Of a stretch of 64,000 nucleotides of DNA, positions 27,501 to 35,443 are shown piece by piece. Each line of letters opens with the position of its first letter. Within the stretch, counting starts at the first letter, position 1. The notes under the pieces were generated by a model. The model made no database searches. It saw nothing but the letters and a program-made list of their open reading frames with translations, and was not told where the DNA came from. A program made the translations under genes and the position numbers. The DNA is from a virus (Duplodnaviria; Caudoviricetes), in the IMG/VR virus record IMGVR_UViG_3300011442_000009, positions 11,331-75,330 of that record, one strand, 5' to 3'.

Positions 27501-29431
27501 CTGCCGATCTCGTCCATATTGTGATTCGCGATGATCTCTTGGTCGAGCTCTCGCATGGCATCTTCGCCAAGGACGTTCTCCATCGCGTGCCGTGCCTCAT
27601 GCGGAGCCGCATCGATGCCACTGACTGAGCCAGTCGCCGGTTTGTCGATCAGGATTATAACCTTGCGACCTTTGTGGTCGAAAGCCATTCCGTTTTGCTG
27701 CGCCATTTTTCTGGCAGCGTTAGGAGCAACCCCGGCTTTGAGCAACGCAGCTTCGGCGCTCGGTGCATCTGCTGCGGCGAAGACGTCGATCTTGTTGTCG
27801 ACCCCAGTGGAGAAATCCTGCACGGAATTGATGCGAACTTTCCGTCCGTCAGTGAGGTTCGGGAAAGCCGCCTTATTCATCGCGACAAAAGCGGGATCCG
27901 AAGCGGGGCTCGCCACCCGGGGCTGAGAGTTACCAGCGAACCAACGCGGTGCGATAATCTGACCGCTAACGACGTCACGAAAAGTCTTACCAGCGCCGCC
28001 TGCGAGGCCAAAAGCGACGCCCATACCCAGCCCCTGTCTTTCCTGAGGCGTGTCAGAGGCGGCTGCGAGGCCGATATCAAGAGCTGCGCCGTGCGCGACC
28101 TTCCCGAGAGCCCCGGGAGTGGAGCGGGCGACATCTTTTACGAGTTGCTCATACGAACCCGTGATCTGGTTCTTTACGAGGTTCTCTCCGGCTTGTGTAA
28201 AACCGGTTTTGACTTTCTGGCCAATCTTGTGAAGGTCCGTCGCGATACTCTTGCCAAGTTTGTACCCAGTGGCGGCACCCAAAAAATTGGAGACAATAGG
28301 AATCTCTCCGACTCCCGGTACGGCGTGCGCAACGGCCGCGCCAGATACCGCGCCAACGAGAGGAGCAGTTTTCTCACCAGCTTTAATACCCAGCTCTGCG
28401 GTTTTACCCGTGCCTTGGATTACCCTGCCAGCTACCTTTTGAGCGACGTCCGCCGGGCTCTTAATTTTTGCGGCTAGCGCGGCGACATTTTCGGTTTGCC
28501 CAGCGAGATCAATCGCGCCACGTGTGAGTGCTTTCGCACCGGCTCCCGTGGCGTTCATCCCGGCTCCGAAAAGCAGGAAGGACACTGGTTCTCCGCCAGC
28601 CATAGCGCCAACCTCTTCAGGGCGCACCGGCATACCGGCGGTTTCCAGATTGCGGACATTCTCAGCGGCGATAGGGACGTTCGACAGTATCGGCCCATGG
28701 CCGGACATCGTCTCCTTCTGGATCTGGTGCCGGGAAAGCGCATCAAGAAAATCGGCCTGCTTATCTTCTGGAGTGTAGTCCGCGAGCTGCTTCGTGAGGT
28801 GAGCTCCTCGTGCAAGGGAACCGACGACCTGTCCAGCTTGGTGAATGAGACCCCCCACCCCTGCTTCGGTGGCTGCGATTGCTTCCGCGGCCCGGCGCTG
28901 GGTTTCAAGTTCGTTCTGTGCACGCGTGGCTTCATCGACACCGAAAAGGGGTGCCACTAGACCGGCCGCATGCCCTACGGCGACGCCTGCGACATTACCG
29001 ATCCACTTGCCCGCACCGGCTGCCGTGCTTCCAATCGTACCAGCTACTTGCTTTGCTCCTTCGAGGGTCTTTCCGAGATCTCCCTCGACGATTCCACTGA
29101 CTACCGGGGTGCTCTTGTACCACGGCTGCTGCCGGATCTGATTGTACACGTCCTGTACCTTGGATAGTAGCTCAGGAGTGCGTTGGGCTTGGGGAATGGC
29201 GTCGTACGCGGCAACCACGTCGAAAGAATGATCCTGACCAGCGAGTGCGACGATCTGATCCGGGGTAAAATCCCGGAGGACATCAAAAGCGGGTGCTTGC
29301 TGATTCTCGTCAGGGACGAAAGAAGCGATCTGTTCTGGGGAGAGAGCTACGGGGACTCCCGGCGCTTCAGAGGGCGCGGGAGCGTCAGGAGTAAAACTGG
29401 CAACCTGTTCCGGACTTAGTGTAAGCGGCAT
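21563..29431 (-). CDS. Large polyvalent (probably ejected) virion protein, 2622 aa: HExxH peptidase, ART-like domains, HhH-glycosylase-like C-terminus
   Basis: APHEARH...EIAAE zincin; WFGDSKVVD..G.P..VYHGT...G.GHYF...GFDGI (ART-PolyVal pattern); WY...ATSP...GPKV..F..NL...TID.W; seven xQF(M/S/T)P-type linkers. Confidence 0.85.
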   Translation of the reverse strand: MPLTLSPEQVASFTPDAPAPSEAPGVPVALSPEQIASFVPDENQQAPAFDVLRDFTPDQIVALAGQDHSFDVVAAYDAIPQAQRTPELLSKVQDVYNQIRQQPWYKSTPVVSGIVEGDLGKTLEGAKQVAGTIGSTAAGAGKWIGNVAGVAVGHAAGLVAPLFGVDEATRAQNELETQRRAAEAIAATEAGVGGLIHQAGQVVGSLARGAHLTKQLADYTPEDKQADFLDALSRHQIQKETMSGHGPILSNVPIAAENVRNLETAGMPVRPEEVGAMAGGEPVSFLLFGAGMNATGAGAKALTRGAIDLAGQTENVAALAAKIKSPADVAQKVAGRVIQGTGKTAELGIKAGEKTAPLVGAVSGAAVAHAVPGVGEIPIVSNFLGAATGYKLGKSIATDLHKIGQKVKTGFTQAGENLVKNQITGSYEQLVKDVARSTPGALGKVAHGAALDIGLAAASDTPQERQGLGMGVAFGLAGGAGKTFRDVVSGQIIAPRWFAGNSQPRVASPASDPAFVAMNKAAFPNLTDGRKVRINSVQDFSTGVDNKIDVFAAADAPSAEAALLKAGVAPNAARKMAQQNGMAFDHKGRKVIILIDKPATGSVSGIDAAPHEARHAMENVLGEDAMRELDQEIIANHNMDEIGSNYADRLGGVVPGESWHQTILEDTGWGRQDAAEKLFQDALTQYHDEARRAGNPPPSDTEIRQVVNHGIEQQGVQFNWREILTPEEQKASAERYIAREIAAENFDAWFKRTGNTLKPGNQVPEVLARTVGHLMEFVGKNPIEGRVSEGLKIPLNLDLAKKVGAQGRELAPEKPVVQPAQPARTGGAASLPRTQQEVEQSAQSAATLAQEAPDVALPGASKTQREILGITAEAIAGRSGMKLNYLSAPDEPAAAISSKRKTRREMIELYRRMPEDARKLWEKTFFPESVGRTKDGKYQVQGWAPEVFAANAQKLAEVLAKNPDMAKLSPYEIDPATGSFTKDAWLSLYEDTQRFVQNQMSGTTGSGAPLVVPSETQGRGFFKPPVRADAVLALDQNRADFVNMLFNFKLPATNKLGHGKFPLNIAGQDISAATMPGRLVQPIEPRGTFTGERAQELGIEGRPILEVNPLRNQMEAAAKAAGATMPSFIEVIQKLNLERILEADHAPEVPQFRGNTLTLSAGFMPGEKYTALTKEQRKSVVERMKNGTLPVSAFVDALPGLNNADMSSLTETLPTHLLQQVAKQIGADPSGSRLDVMSAVRRATNSLKEGNVSFMPGEGKREIAVTGPDGKKYRATFDGYQDFTAIGKGKFAQITALEDIPGVAPAKGTTYSNTLEKKGFKIPELESRTVPVYSGSEGVGSSWFTLNPGRARTFGGKTMKVELPQDVFDMLQDQSRKAGRPLTDLVLPDEWVRKAEPVELGDGKVFDLGTEDLGTQPKVQFMHSPEGIKKMNDEEVARQRRGAEGETTRISSYAGDDKDGMILHSAKHRNTIFVSPGPEAKELLRKIESAKSDEAKNRIIENHYTNAQFSPAESAGVTKPKEIREAKKLWKEKGTDSPYFKKWFGDSKVVDEEGQPIEVYHGTTHKFDEFLKEKANVENAVGAGHYFSTDVSDARRNYAGVGPDLEIRIGRRADELEQQLPTTEKTELGFELNLDPDAILDEAVKQARAELVGKSPRVISAFLKLENPVVMDKKGGTRFELKYDEDGNESGLVIKLHDALLAEAEKLDVDGQRVWEDVIEKFDGESITAEDAIHAIGNSEAILDVYDGHLMGSELARRTMEAMGFDGIKMTNVEKRFRGMALAPNTDHYIAFRGDQVKAVENRGTFSAGDSRIQFMAGGKERKSKPDYKLKEGRGTFSKAWLFPDGKMAQLGDQWHHDYLNENADVISKYGLKVKSKGEDNRLEALQKGFARINYSKNNGTLTVEARQRDWENLAPHIKEFVKTNLGKIDNMDVHLLDDKAKRTVESEGVQLFTYDEHEKLDNLPLISAPKETTEMSAQATSGALTRDRAQFSPGEFDKREDKFYLDRSGNWKTVAEDHETTARELLGKEAQPESARETNPNQRVLETSKGWARVIREDDHLYVSKGDLTPAQEKAISDVAETNGYGVISDVGGKRRVTREPSVQFTPGYKSKEFDAELEKVRTGANFGQTFNKDGTVWTVSKKSPTDVVTLASVNLPKEELTRENVIKALGDYGRILDEKGTALGVFAMPDGNRVSVDVNALPSQKHRENSVDFAERNNQVSIWDPVLGEEVKTGGTGETAITDYRDAHDALKPLLKGEPPLIPDAATEEKAAEYFKTGKPLPSTITKQLTRAQKARVYPESVEPKTADAVIRSDIKNSPLAKKAGSEEAAIKAFSDKLVEFAKQYFDSDAFKEGLKWYSDFVPKLNAEFGEHAQIFAELLAATSPRNKPLENFQLAMEALEGFKAGQFDEKIQKFLEGSRMLEDGSWKTWYDEQLAAKKVKGKRAATEPAFMAQWIKEHDLQPRKSNDKLYGMHSTHVLKVLARAWLQNVEGPKVSNFIQNLVGTGHGATIDVWAQRTMRRLGYEGFQDRWRILPGNEAAVTDPDFFFSQKAFADAAEQLGVLPDALQGGLWFAEKKLWADRNWSRLDLGSYLTELKKAGMIREGIAERLADKITKRPEK

Positions 29432-29436
29432 ACACC

Positions 29437-29465
29437 ACAGTCGTCTATCCTGCCACTGGGTGCCA
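29437..29465 (-). promoter_or_regulatory. Putative late promoter TGGCAC-N16-CGACTGT
   Basis: 5 nt upstream of the giant gene ATG. Confidence 0.65.
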
Positions 29466-30929
29466 CATATTATCTGCGCCTAGGTACCCTCTACCGAGCC
29501 CGGGAATGGTCCCGATAATCCTCCCGGCGGGCACTCCAGCGGCCGGGGCCGCTGTCGATTTCCGCAAAACTTTATCTGCAGCGACGCGTTCGTCATCCGA
29601 AGTGAAAACCGTTTTGGGATTCACGTTGGGATTCGTGTTAGCCTGCTCCATGGCCTTCATGATCGCCGGGCGCGCAGCTTCCTCACGTCCGCGGATCACT
29701 TCGTCACCCATTTCCAACAAGAGCTGCCGGGTAGCGGGAGTGAAAGAACCTCTGCGATTGACCGCGAGATCCCAAGCGTTTTTAAGAAGGTCCATTCGAG
29801 GCTGCTGCGTCTCGAATTTTTCCCACTTGAATTCTCGGATCACGCCTTCGGGATCGTACAATTTAATGAGCGACTCCGCGAGGCCGAGATCGGTCATATT
29901 CATGTTCGCTTTGCCCTGTTGCTCGGGAGTCAGTCTCCGAACACGATCCGCGTTTTTCTCGAAGGTCGTGGCGTACGGGACGGACTTCTGCCAGCTCTGG
30001 TACGGGAGCTCTTTCAAGAGGTTCTCACGGATCTTGTCCGCAGTGAAAATGGTTTGCTCTTTTTGCTTAATCGGGATGCCCTGCAGCTTCGGTTTGATCA
30101 CCGGAGGAGTCTGAGGCGGGGCCGGGAGCGTCCCAGGAGTAACCACGGGCAACGCAGCGGGAGCCTGTGCGGCCGCGGCAACGACATCCTTTTTGAGATC
30201 CTCGACTCGAGGAACTACTGCACCGGTAGGATGCCCAGCCGCGGATGCCGTGCTATCTTTGGGATCGTACGGACGGAGCGACGGATCGTATTTCGTGGGA
30301 TAGACTCCCGCGAGAGGGTGCGACTTGGGCATGAAAGCTTCGAGCTGGGTAACGTAATGCCAGTACTGCTCAGAACCATCGTACCCATCCGCAGGAGGAG
30401 TCACGTCTTGGTTCAGAGAATTCAGATACTGCACGACTTCGCTGCCGTCACCGAGTTTGACGACGCGGCTGGAAACTGGCTTGAGCATGTTCGCCCACTT
30501 GTCCACCTGCCCCAGAGTAGCGACGCGTTGAGCTCCGACCTTTGCGAGCTTTTGAAAATCCGTACGGCCCGTCGTGGGATCGATGTAGTTGTTGATGTCA
30601 TCACCAAACCAACCCATCGTTTCCTGCGCGGTCTTCAGACTGGTCTGTCCCCAGTTCGTTTGTGCAAGCTCAGCGGCGGTCTTGGCCTGCTGCAATTGCG
30701 CAGTGGGTTCTACCAACGGGAGCGCGGCTTCCGCTTGCGCGGTGCCTAGCTGCGTCTCTGCGCGGGCGCGCATTCCAAAACGGTCGACGATTTCTTGCGA
30801 GGTGATCTGTCCCTTGCGAAAAGCGTCGATCATGGAATTGACTGCATCCTGTCCCACCGGCATTGCCGGAGTGACGAGCGGCCCTTGGGGGACGCTGATG
30901 CCCTGTTGATCTTGACCAAGTCCTGCCAT
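29445..30929 (-). CDS. Putative internal virion/DNA ejection protein (494 aa)
   Basis: Position between pilot-like genes and the giant gene; Q/A-rich helical composition. Confidence 0.6.
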   Translation of the reverse strand: MAGLGQDQQGISVPQGPLVTPAMPVGQDAVNSMIDAFRKGQITSQEIVDRFGMRARAETQLGTAQAEAALPLVEPTAQLQQAKTAAELAQTNWGQTSLKTAQETMGWFGDDINNYIDPTTGRTDFQKLAKVGAQRVATLGQVDKWANMLKPVSSRVVKLGDGSEVVQYLNSLNQDVTPPADGYDGSEQYWHYVTQLEAFMPKSHPLAGVYPTKYDPSLRPYDPKDSTASAAGHPTGAVVPRVEDLKKDVVAAAAQAPAALPVVTPGTLPAPPQTPPVIKPKLQGIPIKQKEQTIFTADKIRENLLKELPYQSWQKSVPYATTFEKNADRVRRLTPEQQGKANMNMTDLGLAESLIKLYDPEGVIREFKWEKFETQQPRMDLLKNAWDLAVNRRGSFTPATRQLLLEMGDEVIRGREEAARPAIMKAMEQANTNPNVNPKTVFTSDDERVAADKVLRKSTAAPAAGVPAGRIIGTIPGLGRGYLGADNMWHPVAG

Positions 30930-30931
30930 AA

Positions 30932-31369
30932 TTATCGAATGTTGAGTGTTGCACCCGGTGCCATCCATCCAGAGACGGAAGCGATCTTAGGAATCCCTTC
31001 ATCGGGAGTCCCCGGGATCTGCGTCGCCAAATTCGTGTCGATTCCCGGCTGCACCACTTTCACCGGGGTCTGCGTTACGTTCGTACCCGGCGTCGGTTTA
31101 GGCGTCGGCTGATTCAAAATCGTTCCGGCTCCGTCTGCCTTCACTGCCGGTTGTACCACTGGCGACTGAGTCCCCATATTTAAGATCGACCTTTCCAGTG
31201 GAGAGCGCATCTGTGTTACCGGCCGAATGGGCGCAGGAGCTTGACCCGCGAGCACCTGATTCTGCATCCGGCTCCCAGTCAAACGAACGGCATTGTTCAT
31301 CCGCGCGAGCTGCGCGTGCACCGGTGCCTGCAGGGAGGAAGCCGACCATATAAATCCTACGTTGCTCAT
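30932..31369 (-). CDS. Hypothetical Pro/Thr-rich protein (145 aa)
   Basis: Packed ORF; start chosen at MSNVGF. Confidence 0.55.
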   Translation of the reverse strand: MSNVGFIWSASSLQAPVHAQLARMNNAVRLTGSRMQNQVLAGQAPAPIRPVTQMRSPLERSILNMGTQSPVVQPAVKADGAGTILNQPTPKPTPGTNVTQTPVKVVQPGIDTNLATQIPGTPDEGIPKIASVSGWMAPGATLNIR

Positions 31370-31370
31370 A

Positions 31371-31976
31371 TTAAAATCCAAACCAACCAGATTGCAGCGG
31401 CGCGGATTTCGCACCGGTTTGCGCGCGGTTATTAAACATGTTCAAAACGGCGTCGCTCGTCTGTTGCTGCTGAGCGTTTAAACGCATTCTCGCTGCCTTC
31501 TGCGGGAAGCGAGTAGTGAAAAGGTCGGTACCCGGCTGCAACGATTGCAACCTCTGCTGCTCGATCAGATCCGCGGCGGTCGGCTGTGCTGCGCCTGCTA
31601 CTGGGGCTCCCAATACTCCCGGGAGCGCCGGTTGAACCAACGGATTCGCAACCAAAGGATTCTGCTGGCCCATGATCCGGTTCTTCAAGATCTCGAGGTT
31701 CGCGGCAGTCGTTGGCTGGCCCGGGTATCGTGCCGGAGCTAGAGGGACCTTGCCCTTCGCCGCCAAAGCTTTTTGTTCAGCGGCTAGCTGCGCCGCTTTC
31801 GCCTTCGCGAGTGTCGCTGCCTGCAAAGAACTGGGTTTGTATCCCCATTTCAAAAGAGATCCCTTGACCGGCGGAGTCGCCACTTTTGGCAACACCTCTT
31901 TACCGGCGGCATCCAAATGGAGACGCTTCCCCGGTTTCTGGGGACGCCCCGCGTAGTCTATGTGATCGTGGGCCAT
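31371..31976 (-). CDS. Hypothetical virion-module protein (201 aa)
   Basis: Packed ORF in the structural operon. Confidence 0.6.
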   Translation of the reverse strand: MAHDHIDYAGRPQKPGKRLHLDAAGKEVLPKVATPPVKGSLLKWGYKPSSLQAATLAKAKAAQLAAEQKALAAKGKVPLAPARYPGQPTTAANLEILKNRIMGQQNPLVANPLVQPALPGVLGAPVAGAAQPTAADLIEQQRLQSLQPGTDLFTTRFPQKAARMRLNAQQQQTSDAVLNMFNNRAQTGAKSAPLQSGWFGF

Positions 31977-31978
31977 GG

Positions 31979-32950
31979 TTAGTACACAGGTGCGTCAACC
32001 GGTCCTGCCGCTACCGAAGCGTCAACCGCGGCAGAAGTAGCCGCAGGAGTAGTCGCGGGGGTCGAGCTGAAGATCTTTTTGCCAAGATCAATTGCCTGAT
32101 TCAAATTAACCCCGGCGCTTCCCATCGCATTGGAGAAAATATTTCCCTGAGCGAGGGCGGCGTTCGAAGCCACATTCCCCTGCTGCTGAGTGAGAGAATT
32201 CGCTGCGCCGACACGGGCAAGCCAGATGTTGGCTACGTCCGTACCGGACATGCCAGCATTCGGCATCGCAGACTGTGAGAGATTGAAAACTCCCGCATCA
32301 CGCGCGAGGTTCTGGGACTGCAGCGAGGAAAGATTGGGGAAAAGCGTATTGAGTACGTTCTGGCGTTGTGCCTCGAGGTTCGAAGCGGAGGCCAAAAGGT
32401 TTTCGGCCTGCTGCTGGCGCTGCATCTGCAGATTGAGCCCAGCTTGACCGAGGATCGTACGCAGCATCGTACCGCCGATGCCCTGAGCGCTGGACCGGCC
32501 GGTAACCATGCCGGACTTTTCCAGACCGGCCTGTACCAGCTCCGCTTGTACGTCGGGAGGAAGCGTAGCGCCCTGCTTGAGGTGATCCAAAGCGGCATCG
32601 ATCAAAGCGCTCTTGGCCTCGACGGATTGCCCGGGTGCCATAGCTTCCTTGGCAGCCTGCTCCGCCACCTGTCCGGAAAGCACGCCATTCTTCTGCAGCT
32701 CGTCCAGCATCTGCTGCTGGGAAAGAGCGCGGCCAGCGGCAAGAGCTGGATCCATTTGCTCCTGCAGTGCTCGCTGGTTTTTTGCTCGTGCGATATCAGC
32801 CGCGAGTACCGCGGGCTGCATCGCTTCGGGGTTGAGGTTCTCGAAGAGAAATTTGCGCTGTTCCTTGATCGCACGCATCTGGGCCTGCGTTGCGGCCTTC
32901 TGCGCTTTCGCCTGCGACAATGTACCAATAAATCCGAGATCTACGCTCAT
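31979..32950 (-). CDS. Putative DNA transfer/pilot protein (323 aa)
   Basis: Ala/Gln/Gly-rich helical protein (AQKAATQAQ...) right after the GNAT gene, as in podoviral ejection modules. Confidence 0.6.
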   Translation of the reverse strand: MSVDLGFIGTLSQAKAQKAATQAQMRAIKEQRKFLFENLNPEAMQPAVLAADIARAKNQRALQEQMDPALAAGRALSQQQMLDELQKNGVLSGQVAEQAAKEAMAPGQSVEAKSALIDAALDHLKQGATLPPDVQAELVQAGLEKSGMVTGRSSAQGIGGTMLRTILGQAGLNLQMQRQQQAENLLASASNLEAQRQNVLNTLFPNLSSLQSQNLARDAGVFNLSQSAMPNAGMSGTDVANIWLARVGAANSLTQQQGNVASNAALAQGNIFSNAMGSAGVNLNQAIDLGKKIFSSTPATTPAATSAAVDASVAAGPVDAPVY

Positions 32951-33399
32951 AGGTTTTTCCTAACAATGGTGAATGACTTTCGATAGCCCAGCCGGTCGTA
33001 CATCTGCGCCATCTTATCTGGCGAAAGTTCCATCGAAAAACCGAACTGAACCATCGTGCATCCTGCCGCCTTGCACTCAATCTCGAATGCTTTCAAGAGA
33101 GTCAAAGGCGCTCGAGTGTGCCTCCACTTCGGAGACACTACCCAAACAAACTCATTGCCGTAGAGCTCACCCGTTTGCGGATCCTCTTGAATCGTTCCGA
33201 TCAAGTATCCATGGAGCTCTCCGGCCTTATCAAAATACCCAAAAATTCGAACCCCGGAGGCGTCCCCGAGATCTTTCCAAAAATTCACCATCGGCTCGAC
33301 CCGTACCGGGGGATCCTGCCATTCGATCTCTGGACACTCGACGCCCATCTTTCGAAGGGCGTCCTCAATCTCTTCCGGCGTAACTAATCGGCGAACCAT
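32947..33399 (-). CDS. GNAT-like acetyltransferase
   Basis: GYLIG...EFVWVVSPKWR...LLKAFE..CKAAGC acetyl-CoA-binding pattern; ATG 7 nt after CGACTGT. Confidence 0.7.
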   Translation of the reverse strand: MVRRLVTPEEIEDALRKMGVECPEIEWQDPPVRVEPMVNFWKDLGDASGVRIFGYFDKAGELHGYLIGTIQEDPQTGELYGNEFVWVVSPKWRHTRAPLTLLKAFEIECKAAGCTMVQFGFSMELSPDKMAQMYDRLGYRKSFTIVRKNL

Positions 33400-33406
33400 G
33401 CTCAAC

Positions 33407-33435
33407 ACAGTCGCCGAATCATGTCGGCGGCGCTA
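33407..33435 (-). promoter_or_regulatory. Putative late promoter TAGCGC-N16-CGACTGT
   Basis: Consensus match. Confidence 0.65.
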
Positions 33436-34257
33436 TTGTTTCAAAAGGTGCCAAAGCGCTACTCCAGCCGGGAGGGTCTGGGTGTCCGCAGGATCGTCCA
33501 CATACCCCAGATCGGTGCCGTAGATCTCACCGGCGGCTCGAGGGTTCACGCCGTCGCCGGGAGTAACCTGATCGACCGGCGTCGTCCCGGCGTCTTTCGT
33601 CGCTTGGGAGATCGTACGGCCATAAAACTGCGGAGAGGTGGACCCAAGCAGGATCCAGCCGGGATTGTGATCCAGAGCGTCCTGCAGAGTCGAAAAAATG
33701 ACTGCCTTGATGTCACCGGGCACGCCGGAGTACGTTCTCCACTGACCGCGCTCAAACCAAAGCTGCACGTTGATCGTGGTGTCGTAGAACATCGTACCTT
33801 CTCCCGGGGAGACGGGGCGCTCTGCAGTGGTGCCGAGACCGTTGGCTGCCAGAAAGGCAACCCACGCGGAGCCATTCCACAGTGCCCAGTATAGGGCACT
33901 GCCGTACGTCGGATCGACGTCAGAGGCGTCCTGTGTGGTCTTGAGCCATAGAGGCGGGTTCGTGCCGGTCGGAAGCGAGGACCCGATCCAGTACGGTGCA
34001 GTGATCGACGGCGAAACATCCAGAGGAACGTAGTCATTGACAGAAGCGTCCCAAACGTACCACTGGGTGCCGCCCTTCAACCATGGCCCCACATTGGAAG
34101 TAGGCTTCGTGTCGCCGGTGAAGATGAAAGAGCTCCCGTCGGGGGAAAGGATTTTCATTCTCGCCAGCATCTGGTTCGCGAGATCTTGGGGGGTACCCCG
34201 GAACGTCGCGGGCAAGGCCCCCATCTGGATTGTTAAGTTGGTTGATTTCAAGCTCAT
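33433..34257 (-). CDS. Putative tail fibre/collar-like protein (274 aa)
   Basis: Repeated W-x-x-G/P motifs; collar-like GDIK...PGWILL...GR pattern. Confidence 0.5.
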   Translation of the reverse strand: MSLKSTNLTIQMGALPATFRGTPQDLANQMLARMKILSPDGSSFIFTGDTKPTSNVGPWLKGGTQWYVWDASVNDYVPLDVSPSITAPYWIGSSLPTGTNPPLWLKTTQDASDVDPTYGSALYWALWNGSAWVAFLAANGLGTTAERPVSPGEGTMFYDTTINVQLWFERGQWRTYSGVPGDIKAVIFSTLQDALDHNPGWILLGSTSPQFYGRTISQATKDAGTTPVDQVTPGDGVNPRAAGEIYGTDLGYVDDPADTQTLPAGVALWHLLKQ

Positions 34258-34263
34258 AATTTT

Positions 34264-35439
34264 CTATGCTACACAATCGATTAAACACCACTTGGGCCGC
34301 AAGTAACCCTCCACAAGGGACAGGAGATCGCTATCAGAGACTCCGGTATCGAACAGAAATACTTCTCCGAAATTTCCGTTCAGCGGATGGTTCTGCACTC
34401 CCGCAACGTAGCCGCCCAAGCGCGTGAAGGTGTGAAAACAAGCGTCCGAAACCGATCCCAAATTCATTCCGTTATTGAAAAACGTCAACGTATTGCCGAT
34501 GCGGCGGAAAATCGCCACGTTGGCGTTTCCAGAAAAGCTTCCTCCGTCTTCGCAAGCATCCGAAGGTGACGCCGTCGACCCACAAAATTCTCCGTCTTTT
34601 TTGTAGCTTCCACCCTCCGCATAAACCACGTCTGCGACTCGGGGGAACGGAACTTCGGTCCCTAGAAATACGTTAAGCACTCCAGTGGGAGCCGACTTGT
34701 ACAGAAATACGAGAGTGAAGTTCCCGGGGGTAGTGAATGTGGGGATCTCAAAACTTCCGTTATCTCCAATTCCGCATTGTATGCTTGGCAATCCGGGACC
34801 GGTGAAAACCGCACCGGGGGCTCGATAGAGTGGCTGAGGCTGACCAGTTGTCGCGTGCCGACCGTTGCCGCTCTGGTCCTCCCAGACTAACCCGGGTCCG
34901 CCGACCGCGGTATTGTCCGCCATCACCGGAAAGCTATCCGCTTTCCACCATGCCCACGGAGTAAGACTGGCCGGATCAAACGGCATCGGACCGCACGCGC
35001 CTTCCGGTATGGGAGGACCCACTGGACAAAAGTGAATGGGATCACATGCCGGGCTATCCCCCGCCGGAGTGATCGCAGATACGATGATACTCTCGCAATC
35101 AATCGGGAGAACTGAGACCGGGATGTTGGAGTGCGTCAAAACAAAGTTCATGGGGTCCGTATCGGACGCAGAGTAGACGTTGTATCCCGTCGCTTCCGGG
35201 TACGGATCCCATGTAAAATCCGAGGCCGACTCAGTCGTGTTTACCAGATAATAATTCGCGCACGGAAGATTGCTGGGGGGAATCGGGGGAGTCGGACCGG
35301 AAGCTTGGCACACCGGATCACAGAAGGGAGTTTCTCCCGCACCGGTGACCGCAGTCACAACAAAGCAGCCGCGCCCAACCGGAAGGCGTCCTTGCCTTGC
35401 CACGCAGCTCTGGATAGGAATATAGACTCTATTTGCCAT
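34264..35439 (-). CDS. Tail-associated protein with FN3-like and LamG/concanavalin-like domains (391 aa)
   Basis: TWDPYPEATGYNVY; WWKAD...WEDQSGNGRHAT; GNFGEVFLFDTGVSDSD LamG-like end. Confidence 0.65.
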   Translation of the reverse strand: MANRVYIPIQSCVARQGRLPVGRGCFVVTAVTGAGETPFCDPVCQASGPTPPIPPSNLPCANYYLVNTTESASDFTWDPYPEATGYNVYSASDTDPMNFVLTHSNIPVSVLPIDCESIIVSAITPAGDSPACDPIHFCPVGPPIPEGACGPMPFDPASLTPWAWWKADSFPVMADNTAVGGPGLVWEDQSGNGRHATTGQPQPLYRAPGAVFTGPGLPSIQCGIGDNGSFEIPTFTTPGNFTLVFLYKSAPTGVLNVFLGTEVPFPRVADVVYAEGGSYKKDGEFCGSTASPSDACEDGGSFSGNANVAIFRRIGNTLTFFNNGMNLGSVSDACFHTFTRLGGYVAGVQNHPLNGNFGEVFLFDTGVSDSDLLSLVEGYLRPKWCLIDCVA

Positions 35440-35443
35440 AAAA

